From Amoebophrya sp. A120 (taxonomy: Eukaryota; Protista; Dinoflagellata), in the NCBI GenBank assembly GCA_905178155.1, contig CAJINV010000004.1, positions 4,009,555-4,073,554 on the forward strand: a DNA stretch of 64,000 nt. Direction: 5' to 3'. Each line of letters begins with the position of its first letter. Position 1 is the stretch's first letter. The notes below the pieces were generated by a model. The model was given only the letters and a program-made list of their open reading frames with translations. It had not been told where the DNA came from and ran no database searches. The position numbers were made by a program, and so were the translations under genes. Below, one piece after another: positions 13,181 through 26,425 of the stretch.

Positions 13181-15076
13181 ATGCCTTCCAAGTCCACGCC
13201 CTCGGTGAGCCCGGAGCTGGAGCGGCTCCTGTTTCAGCAGAACAACAGTTGCACCTGTGGCGCAGGAACCGTGCTCCGCGAGGAGAAAAGGATCCTGCAC
13301 GAGCGCGTGGCGCAGCTGGAGGAGCGGAAAGCCGGGTTTCTGCATGCGGAGGAGGAGGTGGAGGCGGAAATCTTGCGGCTAAAGTCAGAAACGGCCAAGC
13401 GGGCTCGGGAACACCGCGACCGGGTTGCAGACGCTACAACGTTGCACAAAGACCGGGAGAAGCTTTTGCTGAGAATTTCGGCGTTCCAGGCTATTATAGA
13501 CGACGCGCGGAGGACGACGACCCGGCACCTCCAGGGACGAAGCGTTAGTAGTGGTGGGGCAGGTGATGAAGAAGATGTTGGACAAGATGGTACTTCTAGA
13601 AAGGTAGATAACATCAACATCCACACCGCCCAGCAGGAACAGGCGATCCGTGACTTGGAGTATCAGCTGGAGGAAAAAAAGGCCTTGATTTTCGAGCGAA
13701 AACGCGAGATTCGCGAAGAGGAAAGTCGCTGGAAAGAGGAACTAGAGACGCGTCGTGCAGCTGTCGCGACTTTGGAGGAGAAGTACGGGGCGAAGAAGGC
13801 GCTGTTGGAGCGGAGAAAAGTGGCGGAAAGAGAACTGCAGAAACTGCGGGAGGAGGAGGAGGAGTTGGAAGGCTGGGAGCAGGAGATCGCGGGAAAAGAT
13901 GAAGGAGAAACGACCAGCGAGGGAAGCAAGGGTGAAACCGCACGACGCACAACGGTGAGTCCTCGGGCTCCTGGAAATGAGAATGACGCCGGTCGTGCAG
14001 CTGCTTGTACTACTACACAAAATGTAGTGGGGGAACAAGATCAGGATACCGGCGGGGAGCTGCAAACCCAAACTGTGCAAGAGCAGTCCTCGACGTCCTC
14101 TACCGTTGCAGCCACCGAAGCGGCACGTGCTGCGACCAGCACACATCAACATGATCAACTGGAGACCACCTTGCGGCAGGAATTGGCCCAGATTCGCGCC
14201 ATCGAAGACCAAGCGAGCAGCTTGGAAGCGGAAAGACTCAGACTCGAAAAGGAGATCCAAGCCGCACAGCGCGCGCGGCGAGAGAAGGAACGCGAGCTGC
14301 AGCTCCTCGCGGATGCCGAGCGAGTACAGGGCGGGAAAAAACGGTTTCTGGAATTTTGGAAGCGGTTGTTACAGGACGTGGAGGGACTTCATCAGCGAAC
14401 AGACGAGGGTGCATCGGGCGGGGACGCAATCCAGAGTCGGATAGACGCGTACAACGATACTGACTATGATTTCCCGCCAACAACTTCTAGCTCCTCTAAC
14501 GGAGAGGATGCGACCAAGATGTCGTTTGTCTTCACGAGAAAGCAAGGTGTGGCCGCAACACGACGAGGACATTTTGGAGCTGATACATCAAGCACAGAGG
14601 CGCACAATAACATAATGGAGGATGTTGACCACGACGAGATCAATGACGCATCAGCGCTACAAGAGCCTGAGGTAGAGGACTTTCTCACGCTTGAAGACTA
14701 CGTTGAACGGACGAGAAGCTGTCAGGATCATGATCTTCGTTTTCCATGGTTGGAGCATGCTGGTTCACTGGGGACTTCGGCTCCAGGCGATCGTCATTGG
14801 CATCGCGCTTCAGAAACTCTGGATGATGCGACTACTGAAGGCTCACACGACCACCGAGTGCCAAGGACTCCACGAAACGACGATGAGGCCTTTACAACTG
14901 CCCCCGCGGCGCAAATGAATCGAACGTCTACCACCCTGTGGCAAGTTCGTTTGGTGCCTCGCGAAAAGGAACAGGAAGATTTGGATTTGCTAGCACTGAA
15001 AGCAGCAGAGAGAGAGTGGCAGGAAAAATGCCGAGTTTTGCAGCTCGAACTGGACGAATTGCAGAGACGGTTTTGA
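13181..15076 (+). CDS. Hypothetical coiled-coil protein (631 aa)
   Basis: Long uninterrupted E/R/K-rich ORF with heptad-like stretches; no recognisable family. Confidence 0.7.
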   Translation: MPSKSTPSVSPELERLLFQQNNSCTCGAGTVLREEKRILHERVAQLEERKAGFLHAEEEVEAEILRLKSETAKRAREHRDRVADATTLHKDREKLLLRISAFQAIIDDARRTTTRHLQGRSVSSGGAGDEEDVGQDGTSRKVDNINIHTAQQEQAIRDLEYQLEEKKALIFERKREIREEESRWKEELETRRAAVATLEEKYGAKKALLERRKVAERELQKLREEEEELEGWEQEIAGKDEGETTSEGSKGETARRTTVSPRAPGNENDAGRAAACTTTQNVVGEQDQDTGGELQTQTVQEQSSTSSTVAATEAARAATSTHQHDQLETTLRQELAQIRAIEDQASSLEAERLRLEKEIQAAQRARREKERELQLLADAERVQGGKKRFLEFWKRLLQDVEGLHQRTDEGASGGDAIQSRIDAYNDTDYDFPPTTSSSSNGEDATKMSFVFTRKQGVAATRRGHFGADTSSTEAHNNIMEDVDHDEINDASALQEPEVEDFLTLEDYVERTRSCQDHDLRFPWLEHAGSLGTSAPGDRHWHRASETLDDATTEGSHDHRVPRTPRNDDEAFTTAPAAQMNRTSTTLWQVRLVPREKEQEDLDLLALKAAEREWQEKCRVLQLELDELQRRF

Positions 15077-15618
15077 TCGATTTGCACTTGAGCGTACAGG
15101 TGCAGAACTAGAAAATACTCTAAGCAATTGCACCACTATGCTACTCAATATCAATTTGATTTTGATTTGAGTATGTATCTGAACTTGAAAACGAAAGGCG
15201 GAAGAAGCCACACAGTATGTCCAAGAGTAAGTTGAGTGTTGTTGTTCAACGGCACTATTTCCATCGTCGTGTATCGCAAGGGGGAAGTCGAAGTGTCGGT
15301 GTTTGGCTTTTCGTGGATGGGGAGGAGCTACGTGGTTAACTGAGTGAGTTATTGAATTCGTTGCGAAACCATGGTTCATCATGCAGTCGTGGTTTAGCCA
15401 CGAATTAAAATCAAAAAGAAAAAATCCATTCCTAAATTAAAAATTCATTTCATTTGCTGCACCGGCGAAAAAAAGCGAATCCAAACTCAAACTAAATAGA
15501 TTTAGATACGAATTATAAATATGTCGTGTTGAAGCATCGATTAAGTTTTCTCGATACCACCTGAATCACATACAAGAAATACCTTCGTTCCTCCAGAATG
15601 CCGTAGTTTCTCCTAAAC

Positions 15619-16865
15619 TTGCCGGCTTTCTTACTGCTGGTGGCGGACAAGAATGTTGCGGACCAAGTCGGTGTCGCCAGCAACGGGCGAACATCTCACC
15701 TGACGGCGACGGGCGGGGTCGACAGCAGGCAACAAGACGAACAGTCCGCATCCCCCCCGTCGGTCTCGGAAATCGAAGACGAAGGCCGCGGAGAAGAGGA
15801 AAATCATGCCCCGAACCCCCGAGAAGCTTCCTCCACTTCTTTTTCCCAAACGGACAGCGTTCCGAACTCGACGCCAGCGGATTCTTCCCACACGAGTTCG
15901 ATTTGGAATGACGAGGTGCAATCTGCGCGGTTCGAGGGGCAGTTCATGATGTATTTGCACACCACAACTTCGATGGAGCAACAGCTATTGCACACTGTTA
16001 CTCCTGATGAGATGCGGAAACTGCAGGTATTCGTATTGATGGCCATCGCCATCATCATGCTTTAAGTAAAAAAAGAAGAACTTTGCAACAAAAATAATCA
16101 TCAACATCAGAAGACAATAGAATAGTTTATTGCACATAAGATGAGTTTTGACTTTGATGACGAAAGGGAAACCAAAGCAATAGTTGTCCTTGTTGTCGTC
16201 TACTGTGACATCCTGCTTCATGTTGACCGATCAAGCGAAAAAGAAAAATAATATATCACGCTAAGGTACTGAAACAAGGGTTCCAGCTATACTCTCCCTG
16301 CTTGCTGCTGAGGTTCCCGGCGTACCGATATGGTTTGAAAGTTTTGAACTTATGCAATGCACAACAAGAAGTATCTGTAATATCGTACTAGCAATGTATT
16401 AAAAAATTGCTTGACAAATAAATCTGCGTCTGGCAGCATGCTGAAGATCATCAAAAATCGAATTTGTAATGCTTATAATTCGGCATCGGCTCCTTGATCA
16501 TGATCTCGAGAACCAGACCATCTATCATGCACGATGGGAATGAATTAGTACGAAAACGATACTTGTTCTTTTGCACAGCATAGAGCTTCGACGCCGACAA
16601 CAATTACATGCTGAACCAAACCGAGTTCACGATATGCAACCAAAAAGTGATGTTACGGCTTTGCTTTCTACACGTTGTATTGCGGGACAAGCACGACGGA
16701 CAATCGATCCCTGTCATGCCGTACATTCCTGCGAGCGTCTTTTCATGCGTGTTGTTCCTCTTCCTTACGATGACGAACAATCGCAGCAGTAGTAGCGGTA
16801 CCTTTTGCTTTTTCATAATGCCTGGAACAACGCTAAAAAATTTAGAGAATTTTATGTGTCGCTGA
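15619..16865 (+). CDS. Probable multi-exon hypothetical membrane protein; exon structure unresolved
   Basis: ORF 15619-16065 ends in a hydrophobic stretch. Removing element 16351-16582 gives an open frame FPAYRYGLKVLN|FDADNNYMLNQTEF. Confidence 0.35.
16351..16582. mobile_element. Degenerate family A-like introner
   Basis: tatgcaatgcac...gatacttgttcttttgcacagcata; direct repeat gaact/gagct. Confidence 0.7.
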
Positions 16866-16993
16866 GTGAAGTTCTAAGAACAAAAACAAAGGTTTAATAG
16901 ACTGTCTCAAGCACTTTTTTCCTTGGATACGCGAACTTTTTTGACCGGTACGGCGGGACGAAGCCATCGACTTCGAACGACACCACACTGCTG

Positions 16994-17560
16994 GTGGACG
17001 TCGGGCCGGCGAACACCACCAATCAGAGCAACAGTTTGATGAGCGCGGGCGCGGCTTGTTTTTCGCAGTTCGGGGCCGACCAAATCCCAGCGGTGGACAT
17101 CATCGCGGCCGGTTGTTCGCATCAGTGCCGGGCCGGCGATGAAGAACAGAAGGTCCGCCACAACTCGGCTGGCCGAGCAGAGGGACGACCCTCGTCGACG
17201 ATGCAGACCAGCATGACTCATCAGTCGTGGTCGTGGTCGAACCCGTTTTCGTCTTGCATGCGAACGACCGCGTGTACGGCACAGGAGCAGGAGGTGATGG
17301 ACATCGAAATGGTCGGCGACCCACCGGAGAACTACCCCACACCAGCGGAGGCGGCAAAGGCGGCAGCGGCTCGCCAAAGACAGCTGGCAGAAGAATTAGA
17401 AGAAGAAGAGTTTCAACAACGACAGGTCAATAGATACCATCAGCTCATGGGCCCAAAGAATCTGGCGGCCGCAGGGTCCCTAAAAGACTCCAACCTAGCG
17501 CAAGTGCAGAAAATCATGCATGACCGAAACACGCTGCAGGACCGAAACCCCGGATTGTAG
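16994..17560 (+). CDS. Hypothetical protein or terminal exon (188 aa ORF)
   Basis: Coding-like GC3 bias and a helical C-terminal part; no family recognised. Confidence 0.5.
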   Translation: MDVGPANTTNQSNSLMSAGAACFSQFGADQIPAVDIIAAGCSHQCRAGDEEQKVRHNSAGRAEGRPSSTMQTSMTHQSWSWSNPFSSCMRTTACTAQEQEVMDIEMVGDPPENYPTPAEAAKAAAARQRQLAEELEEEEFQQRQVNRYHQLMGPKNLAAAGSLKDSNLAQVQKIMHDRNTLQDRNPGL

Positions 17561-18087
17561 ACGATATTTGCAAGAACTACAAAGAACAAGACTATGTATG
17601 AATGAGTATGCCGTCTTTTACCAGCAGACAACCAACAAACATCAGGACCCCTCCTTTCACCGAACACTGACGACCACACCAAACTACAAAAGCAAGCCAG
17701 CCGCCCCCGGCCGCAAGCTTTGCGTGCATGTTCATGTCGGCATCAACGAAAGGCGAAACTGTGGTGACAGTGTAAGACCCTGATGTTCCTTCACAATGAC
17801 AACGACAAAGAGGAAGATCTTCTTTTCTTTTGCTGTTTAACGACGAATATATGAGTTTACTTGAGCTTGTGTTTGTCATTGTCTGTCAGTTTCTGTTTCA
17901 CTTTCATCTGTTGAGTTCGATGAGAGACAGAGATTGGAGTTTGGTGCAACAAGCTGTGAGTATACGTTCTCGTTGAAACCTAAACTGACCCTGAGGTTGA
18001 GGTTGAGAGCAGGTGGATGAAAGAATTGATATTCACTGCAACGCTAGTAAAGATACGTACCCCTTTCAAGACGAGGAAGAAATCAAA

Positions 18088-21000
18088 ATGGCTATGACAT
18101 TGCCTGTCACGTCGCCTTCACCCTCTTCCATGGCAATTCCGGCTATCCACGCCCGGACCGGGGCCCAGGGGTCTGTTGTCACCCCGCGGGACGACGCGCG
18201 GATGTGGCGGGATGTGAAGCTGAATGCCAGCCGCAATGGTGTCCACACGCACAGTCAGCAGCACGTGGACTGCACGTGCGTGGTGGAGCTCTACGAGCTG
18301 CTTTGGCGGTGGGGGAACCTCCTGAAGCACAACCAGCAGCAGTCCGTGTCCTTCTTCGCGCGGTTCGGGTTCCGTTTGCCATATCCTGAGTAAAACTGTC
18401 CCCACCCCATAGACATAGTCAAGATGGGAAATCTGCTAGACAAATCAGCCAGCTTAGGTTGTTGCGCATGACAAACTTGGCCGCGTAGTGTATTCGTGTT
18501 CAGCTCGTTCCGCAGCATCACAGACCTAGCTCATTATGCTGATTGGCGCGTTACAAATTCCAAAGCACGACTAGCGAATGCTTGTCATGGGGCTCCGCAT
18601 GAGAAACATTTGAGCATGCAGAATTGCATGACATCAACTATGGAGGGGAACGCTTTTACACAGGATATGCCAGAGTCCGTCGTCTTCGTGAACGGCAAGC
18701 CCTACGCCTGGTACTTCATCAGCCGAAAGGACGGGGCGCTGCTCCGAAAGAAGCCGGAAAGCCTCACCCACGCTGCGGTGGAAAAGCGTATACATTACTT
18801 TTCATGTAGTTATGCATGACAGGTGCTGTGCTTTGTTAATACTTTGTTCCAGCACGACGGACAAAAAATTCATCCCTGCTCACATTGATGTCTAGGTTTC
18901 TGCGGCAAGCGCAAGCTGGAGAAACAGGGCGAGATTTGCGCGACCTGGATTCCCATGCGTTCGGCGTTTGAGCTACACGGAGCAACAGCTTCCTCGGCAA
19001 ATAAATTCGGAACCACGACTAGCTCTTCGCATTTTCACCAGAGAACAAGTAGAGGCGCCAACGAGGCCATTTTTTTCACGCCGGAACTGTGCAAGCGGTT
19101 TCTGAAGCACCTGGAGCGGCCGGATCTCGCCGTTCCCGCGGATTTTGGCCCGTACTTCAACCCCGGTCAGGCGTCCGGCGTGCTGCAGGAATTTTGCGTG
19201 CCCCACGGAGTCAGCAACTTTTTGCTGCGCGCGGTGGAGTACCAAAACAAGATCTCGATTAGCGTACGCACAAACAGACACCGGTTCTTCGGAGGCGGTG
19301 GGAGTGAAATAAACCACGATGCAGATGTTGACCACGCGGGTGGTCAGGTATCGAAGAACCGGTCAAAAAATACGAATGCCATTGGTGGTCAGCAGCAGGG
19401 CAATGGCAATTTCACAACCTCCACCCCCGAGCACGCTCCCGAAGACCAGACGACCGTGCTGACGCGGGAGCTGTGTCTCCGCGCAGGGATCTACGTGCCG
19501 CCACTTCCGAAATTGGACCTGTTGCGGAAAGGAATTTTGTCAAACGGCGATAGTGCAAAGGTGTTGACAACAAGTGGGACGACGGGCAAGAACGTAGAAC
19601 ATCAACATCAAAACGCGATGAATACCGGTAACCGTACCGTGCGCGAGTTGTTCACCAAAGCAGCGACGTTCGAGGGGTGGGCGGGACTTTCGGGTTGCAG
19701 CTACGCCTACGAGCAGCACTCGCAGTTGGACCCCGCGGAACTGTTGCTGTCGCAGTACGAGTACAGCGATGAGGAGTACGAGCAGAGCCCCATGCGGCCT
19801 CTGTCCCCCGCCGCGCACTCACCGGCGCATCTCCGCCGGTCTCGGAGTGCCACGCCGTTGGTCGGAGCAGGAGGAGCAAACGGCTTTGGTGGCTTCAATT
19901 CAGCATTCAGTCGAAGGTCCCCATCACAGTCGGCGCGCAGCAGCACGGGCACAGGAGGTATCATGCGTGGAGGTGGAACAACAGGTGCTGCAGCCGGTTA
20001 TTCTTCTTTCCATGATGCACCAGCCGGGCCAACGTGGTCTCTGCCTGCCCACGCAGCCTCGTCGCCCGCGATTTTGGTCCACAACGAGTTGCAGCACGGC
20101 AGAGTATCATCTTCAACTAGTACTACCGGAGGCCAAAATCACAATACTGCGTCTGAAAATCATCATCCACAGCTTCCCGCCACACCCCGTGCTTTTCCGG
20201 TGGTTCGTGACGCTGTGTCTGCGCAGGAGAAGACATTCTTCGCGAAAAGAACCCGGAGCAGTCTGGAGCGAGCGGAGTTTCTGGCGCGGGAGGGTGCGAA
20301 CCGAAAAAAGGAAGCTGCCGGCGACGAGCAGGGTAGTAGGTTTCCTTCGCCATTTCACTTCTCTGCGGACGACGGCGATGAAGAAGTACCAGATCAGCAT
20401 CAGGACTATCGCTTTGATAGCGAAAATAAGGACCCCTCGCAGGAGCCTCCATCCTGTTCCCTCCTACAGATGAAGCCGAAGTGCACACTTTTCGCAAACC
20501 AGCGCTTCATCCACCCAGCGAAGGCGAGGACCAAGAAGCGGCAGGCAAAGACCACCCGCTGCATTGACGACGTGTTGCCGGTGGCGAAAGCCCTGTTCGA
20601 ACGCATCCGGGCGGAGCGGGTTATGTATTGCAAATATGTCTGGGTCTGGAAGGATGCGAACTTGTGATGCGCATTTCACAACACAGACAAATCTCTCATG
20701 CCTAGGCAGCAAAAGGCGCCCACTTCTTGTCACCAAAATGGGGGATTTGTCATTCGGATTAGGCATTGCGAAACCTTCTCGAAACCTGTGATGCTAGGGC
20801 TTCCGTGCCAGACCTTCTGTGTCATGCAAAAACAGCATGACATCTTCCAGACCCAGACATTTTTGCATTTGATACGGGTGCGGCAGATGCATTTTTTGCG
20901 GAAAGACCAGTACATTGTGCTCCACTTCAAAATCGACCGGGAGACCAGGTCCCCCTTCTTCATCTTTGCTTCCGTATTGCCCGAGTCCGAAGTGATCGCG

Positions 21001-22656
21001 CACAGCTGTCCTTTGCCCACGCTGCTGGAGAATCCGGTTGTGTACCACCAGAGCGTCACCGGAAGGAAAGATGGAGGTGGTCGTGGGGACGATGGTGGTA
21101 GTGCGATTGGAGGGAGCACGGGTACTAGTTATTTCGAAGATGATTGCGGCACAGGAACAAAGAAAACGCGGCTGATAAACAAAGCAGGAGGTGTTTCGAG
21201 CCCCCCTGACACTGACAGGATGATTGGCGGCCAAAAAAAAGCAGGACTGAACAGTGCCAACAGCAAACGAAACAAAGAGCCGGAACAACCAGGAAAGAAC
21301 AAGCCAAAGTCGGGGCTGCACGTGGCTGACCAAGCGCAAACCGCCGGCGGTGCACGGAGCTCTGGGCCTGTAGTTTCGGGTTCCACATCAACCCCCCGAG
21401 GAGCTGCAGATGAAACAACAGAATGTAGTAGTTCAGCAGCGCGCAGCCGAATGATAAGCGCAGACAGCATCTCGCTCGCCGCCCAGATTGAGCAGCTTAA
21501 GCAAAGGAAACAGGAGTTTATGACCAATCCGGTCGACGCATTTCTCCAAAACAACAATCCTGAGCTCGCTCTTAATGCCGATAGAAGCGGTAATTCAGCA
21601 GGCCGCGCAGGTTTGTGTTCGGCAAAGTTTCCGTCTTCGTCTTCTAGCAGCGCACAACGACCTCGACCCGCGTCGTCGGGTAATAGACAAAAAGGAACGA
21701 AGACAACTACAGCAACAGTTGCAGGTGAAAACCAGCATAACCCACACGTGAAGACCGAAGCCGCTGGCAGTACTGTTGATCAAGGTGCTATTAACGGAGG
21801 TGGTCACCACAACTATCACCACCCCGAGCCGAGGGAGAACAAAATGGCGAATTTTCTACTTGGCGGCGTGGTCCATTTGTCTTCCGGACGGCGGCTGCAC
21901 CTCCGTCGCGAGGACCCAATCGGCGCGAGCGCGGACGCGAAAGTGCGAAAACACGAGAAGCGGCACTACATGACCCCGAAGAACAAAAAAGGCGGTCAAA
22001 GTGAAAATGATGTGTTGTCCACAACTACTGGCGTGACTACTACAAAAGGAGACGGGATGAATCCCCGACTACCACCTAGTATCGGTGGGTTCGGGAAGAT
22101 CATCGTGCACACGGCATCGGGGAGAGACTCCGAGCTGTTTTCGTCCGACGAGAGAACCAGTACCAGAATCAGTAGTGGTGGAGGTGGAGGTGGTGGTAAT
22201 CAGAAAGGCATCAAGAAAAATCCTCCTTCCTCCGCATCCGGAGCTGTAACTACAGCATCTGCCACTTCGCAGTACAAAGTCAACTCGGCCAGCGCCCGGG
22301 GTCCTCGGGCAACTAGTACATTGCAACTGACGACCTCTGTCGTTCCACCAGGTCGTGGAGCAGCTCCTGCAGTAGCTGCGAGCACGCGGCCGTCAGCGAA
22401 AAAGCCGCCAAGGATTCCGTCGCCCGTGTTTCAGTCGCTATCCCGGAAAAAACACCCATCCACATCCAATTTGTCATGCAAAACATACATAAGATCCTGT
22501 GTTTGTCATGCAAAAAATGGATGTGGATGGGTTTTTTTCTGTGGATAGTCGCAGACCGTACCGCATTCCTCCGCGGAGGCGGGGCGATTCGAGTATCCGC
22601 CGCCCTACTTGCTCGGCATGGAGACTATCAAGCATCCGCTGGTACACTTCAAATGA
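18088..22656 (+). CDS. Large hypothetical protein, 5 exons
   Basis: Continuous frame FRLP|ESVVFVNGKPYAWYFISRKDG..., ERV|RQMHFLRKDQYIVLHFKID, FQS|QTVPH...HFK* after removing introners 18382-18667, 20622-20874, 22439-22547 and GT-AG intron 18788-18895. Confidence 0.75.
18382..18667. mobile_element. Introner family D
   Basis: tatcctgagtaaaactgtcccc...ggggaacgcttttacacaggata; direct repeat tgcca/tgcca. Confidence 0.88.
20622..20874. mobile_element. Introner family B
   Basis: Family B TIRs; direct repeat cgggt/cgggt. Confidence 0.92.
22439..22547. mobile_element. Introner family E (109 bp)
   Basis: tatcc..aaaaaa.acccatccacatcc TIR; direct repeat gtcgc/gtcgc. Confidence 0.88.
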
Positions 22657-23912
22657 GCGTGAGGATATACGATAATAAATAGTAATACTGACAACAGCAC
22701 CAGAAAACGAAACTAGTAGGAGGTACGAGCTGTGCTAAGTCGTCGCTCGTCTACGTCGATCAGGAAACAACTCATCCCAATAGTCAGTAACGAGTCATAG
22801 TTTGAAAGTGAAAGATCGCACCATCTAGTAGGTGCTACATGTACATGCAGTCACTTCTTCGTTTAGATTTGAATTTCGTTTTTACTTTTTTGGCATGGCG
22901 ATGTCATGTCGATGATTATCTGCTCATGTAATCGGTCTAGAAGTTAAACAAGTAGAGGTCAAGATAACAAATGTAGGATTAATAGAGCGAGCCATCAGCT
23001 CTAACTTTGCGACAAGAGTGACAGAAATGTACCACTTGGACTTCCATCATGCGAGGACTGGTGTCGTAGTGAAACCGTGAGCTGAAGAAAATGAAAAATC
23101 AGAGAGGAGTAAATGCGTTTCTGTACACAGTAAAAAAAAGGAACTAAACATCAAGATCAACACCAAGACATCGACTTATTGTCATCTGCCCGTGAAGAAG
23201 AAATTCCACGCCAGCCCAGTATCCGAGTTCCGCCATTGCCCTGCTGCTGTAGAGGTAACAACTCGTCCGGAGAAGTTGTCCGATAAATCGGTCCTGTGTC
23301 CTGCAGCTCAGAACAATCGGTAGAAAAACCTGCTATAAACAACAACTGTTTAGTACACGGCAACCTCCAGCCACCTCTTCGTTCATGGCCGCTCCGGCTT
23401 TTAGTACCAAACGAAAATGGATCTTGATCTTTTTGTTGATGTTGGCGAGATAGCGGTGGCGCCCTACTCCCTGGGTGAAAATCAATGTGCAGATCTGTGG
23501 CCGCCTTCGCCTCTACGGATAAAGAAACACAAACATTTTTGCGCAAAGTACAAGGAGATCAAAGGACCGCTCGACCGCTTTCGCTTTCATTCTGCCCCGG
23601 CGCGGATTGAAAAACAAAAAAGACAAAGAACACAAACACGAACTACAGAACTTCCTACGGAAAAATTCTTTGCGTACTACTTCTCTTTTCATCGACCGCC
23701 GCGGCGGTTTTATTTTACAAGCGCGGCAGCTGATGTGCTACGAGCTATTTCCAGTCGTCATCTCCTCTGGCTACTTACTCGTCCGAGGAGAGCTAGAGCA
23801 ACTTCATCAACAACGATCATATTCTTGCGCATTGCTTCTTCACGAAAGTCAAACATCCACCAGTATTTGTCCTTTTTAGAGCTGCTCAACTTTTTCATCA
23901 CGAGGAGCAAAG

Positions 23913-25290
23913 ATGCCGGCCGTCCTGCCCTCTTCGGACGCCTCTACGAAAAATGTGGCAGGCGATCCAGGGTCAACCTCCTTGCCCCCGAACGGTGCAC
24001 CATCAATAAAGCCACCCCTCCCCAATGCGAATCTGTCCCTGGTCGATTTCCGTTCCGACACGGTGACCCAGCCGACGCGGGAAATGCGCGAGGCGATGGC
24101 CTTCGCGGGGACCGGGGACGATGTGTACGGCGAGGACCCGACGGCGAACAACTTCGAGGCCTTGATTGCGTCCGCTTGCCACATGGAATCCGGATTGTTT
24201 GTCACCACCGGGACGCAGTCCAACTTGTGCGCGTTGCTGTCGCACTGCGAACGGGGCGACGAAATCATCACCGGGGACCACGGCCACTCCTTTTACTACG
24301 AAAACGCCGGCGCCGCGTGCTTCGCGGGGTGTCAGATGTACCCTTTGAAAATGGACAAGGGAAGGTACGAATTTTCCGATATCGAGCACGCCATCCGGCC
24401 GGACAACGTGCACTTTCCGCGGACCAGGCTGGTTCTGGTGGAGAACACGCATTTAGGGCACGCGGTGCCGGTGGAGTATTACAAAAAGCTGCGGGCCTTT
24501 GTGGACAAGCTGAACGAGGGGAGGAAGTATTTTTGAGATCATACTTTTGATATTTGAGCTCTGCGATTCCGATTCACATTCATTGTTTCGTTTTTCGTAT
24601 GTTCTTTTAGATGATTCCGTATATTCGAGAGTTCCATTCACGGTTGTCGTTGTTAATGAAAAAATATGCATTGAATCTTGAACTACAAAAATCAGACACA
24701 AGATCCTGATCCACTGTGACGGTGCCCGGATTGTGAACGCGTGTACGTATTTCAACGTCGAGCTGCATGAGTTTACACAGTATTTCGACAGCATTTCCAT
24801 CTGCTTTTCGAAAGGCATGGGCGCTGCGATGGGCAGTATGCTGATCGGCAAGACGGACTTCATCAACACCGCGCGACGGTGGCGCAAGGCCGTTGGCGGG
24901 GGTATGCGGCAGGTGGGAGTTTTGGCCGCGGGGTGCGAGTTCGCTTTTCTCAACCACAGAAAGCGACTACAAGACGACCATGACAACGCGGCGCTGCTGG
25001 CGAGTTTGATAGCCAAAAACTGCGCGTCGTCTTTGAAGCTCGAAAACGAAGAGAACCGCACGAACATGATCTTTTTCTCCTTTGTTTTGACGGCGGAGCA
25101 GAAAAAACGGGACGCGGAAATTTTTGACAACTTCGCGGTATTTACGAGGGAGAACGGCTTTATCATGGGCAATCCGAAATACACGCAGGGCATGGTTCGG
25201 ATCGTGACGCACCTGGACGTGGGGACAGAGGATGTGGAACGACTAGCGCTGGCATTGAAAGAATTTTGTGAGACGCATCTGGCTTCATGA
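23913..25290 (+). CDS. ltaE: Low-specificity L-threonine aldolase (PLP; GLY1/LtaE family), 2 exons
   Basis: DFRSDTVTQPT, GDDVYGEDPT, TGTQSN, ENTH, IHCDGARI, CFSKGMGAAMGS, GGGMRQVG. GT-AG intron 24527-24695. Confidence 0.93.
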
Positions 25291-25735
25291 TAGGGACGAT
25301 GAATCCGAAAAAACGACAGCGGAGTAGTACTCCAATTGAAAGACGCAGCTTATTGCTTCAGGTTAAACTCAAATTGAAACTTCCCCGCCAAAGTAATAAA
25401 TTATGCGTAGTATTTGCGTTTGTGCGGCGACCCCGGGAACAGGATTCTCCTGTGCGCTGCATTCAGCATTCCGAGGCACCAGCATGCCTCCTAGCCTGTT
25501 GCAAGTTGTCATCCCTGATGTTCCAGAAACCTCGTTGAGAATATGAATATGTGTTAGTTTTTTTGCGCATGAAGCTATATAAACCAGTGCGAGGACGATC
25601 TTGAATGATGGGCAGGATGTGCATCATGACCAAAAAAAAATATCTAAGTAGGTCGGTGGAAATGTTTAGTAGAGGTGGACGAGACGAAAATTTCACTCCA
25701 CCTTCATCTAAAGTTGCAAGCTACAAATCAACAAC

Positions 25736-26425
25736 ATGGCCGCAGCTTCCTCCTCCTCGTCCCGACTTCTCGTTTCCCAGTTGTCTTCCGACGACAAAAA
25801 GAAGCTGGAGACCCTTTCCACCGCGGACTTGTGTGACGCGTACGGTGATAGGATTCAATACCTCCCACAGACGTTTTTGCACTTTGGGACGAAGAAACAC
25901 TTCTGCGGATATGTGGAAACGGTGGACTGCCGGGTAGGAAGCGAAAGTGCTTCAGAAGCCCCCGGCGCACCATCTACATCTACGACACCAAGACCCCCCC
26001 AGCAACTGGAGCTGGACAACAGCTTTGTAAAGAAGGCCGTGGCGGTGCAGCGCACCCGTCCCACTGTGCTCGTTGTGGAGGGGAACGGCGCTACCGCCAC
26101 GAACGCGGTTGTGGGCGATTTGATCGCGAAAGAAGCCGTGAAAAACGGCGTGGTTGGTTTTGTGGTGAACGGGAGAATACGGGACTCCGCGGAGATGGAA
26201 AAGCTGGACATCGGGGTGAAGTGTTTGGGCACGCACCCACGGAAAACCAAAAAAGCGGACAAGGGGCGGTTAGGAGGAAAGCTATGTTCTTTCGGAGAAG
26301 TAGGCGGGTGCTGTGTAGTGAACTCCGGAGATTTCCTCGTTGCGGACATGGACGGCGTGGTTGTGGTTACGTCTTCGGAAGGCGGTAGTATTTGTTCTAG
26401 CGGGGGTTCATCTTCGAAGCTGTGA
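25736..26425 (+). CDS. rraA: RraA-like / 4-hydroxy-4-methyl-2-oxoglutarate aldolase
   Basis: STADLCDA, FCGYVETV, DNSFVK, VLVVEG, AVVGDLIA, GFVVNGRIRDS, GDFLVADMDGVVV. Confidence 0.9.
   Translation: MAAASSSSSRLLVSQLSSDDKKKLETLSTADLCDAYGDRIQYLPQTFLHFGTKKHFCGYVETVDCRVGSESASEAPGAPSTSTTPRPPQQLELDNSFVKKAVAVQRTRPTVLVVEGNGATATNAVVGDLIAKEAVKNGVVGFVVNGRIRDSAEMEKLDIGVKCLGTHPRKTKKADKGRLGGKLCSFGEVGGCCVVNSGDFLVADMDGVVVVTSSEGGSICSSGGSSSKL

Noticed and set aside
23417-24550. 377-aa + strand ORF overlapping the threonine aldolase
   Set aside because: Alternative frame with no protein-like character; the aldolase motifs are in the 23913 frame.
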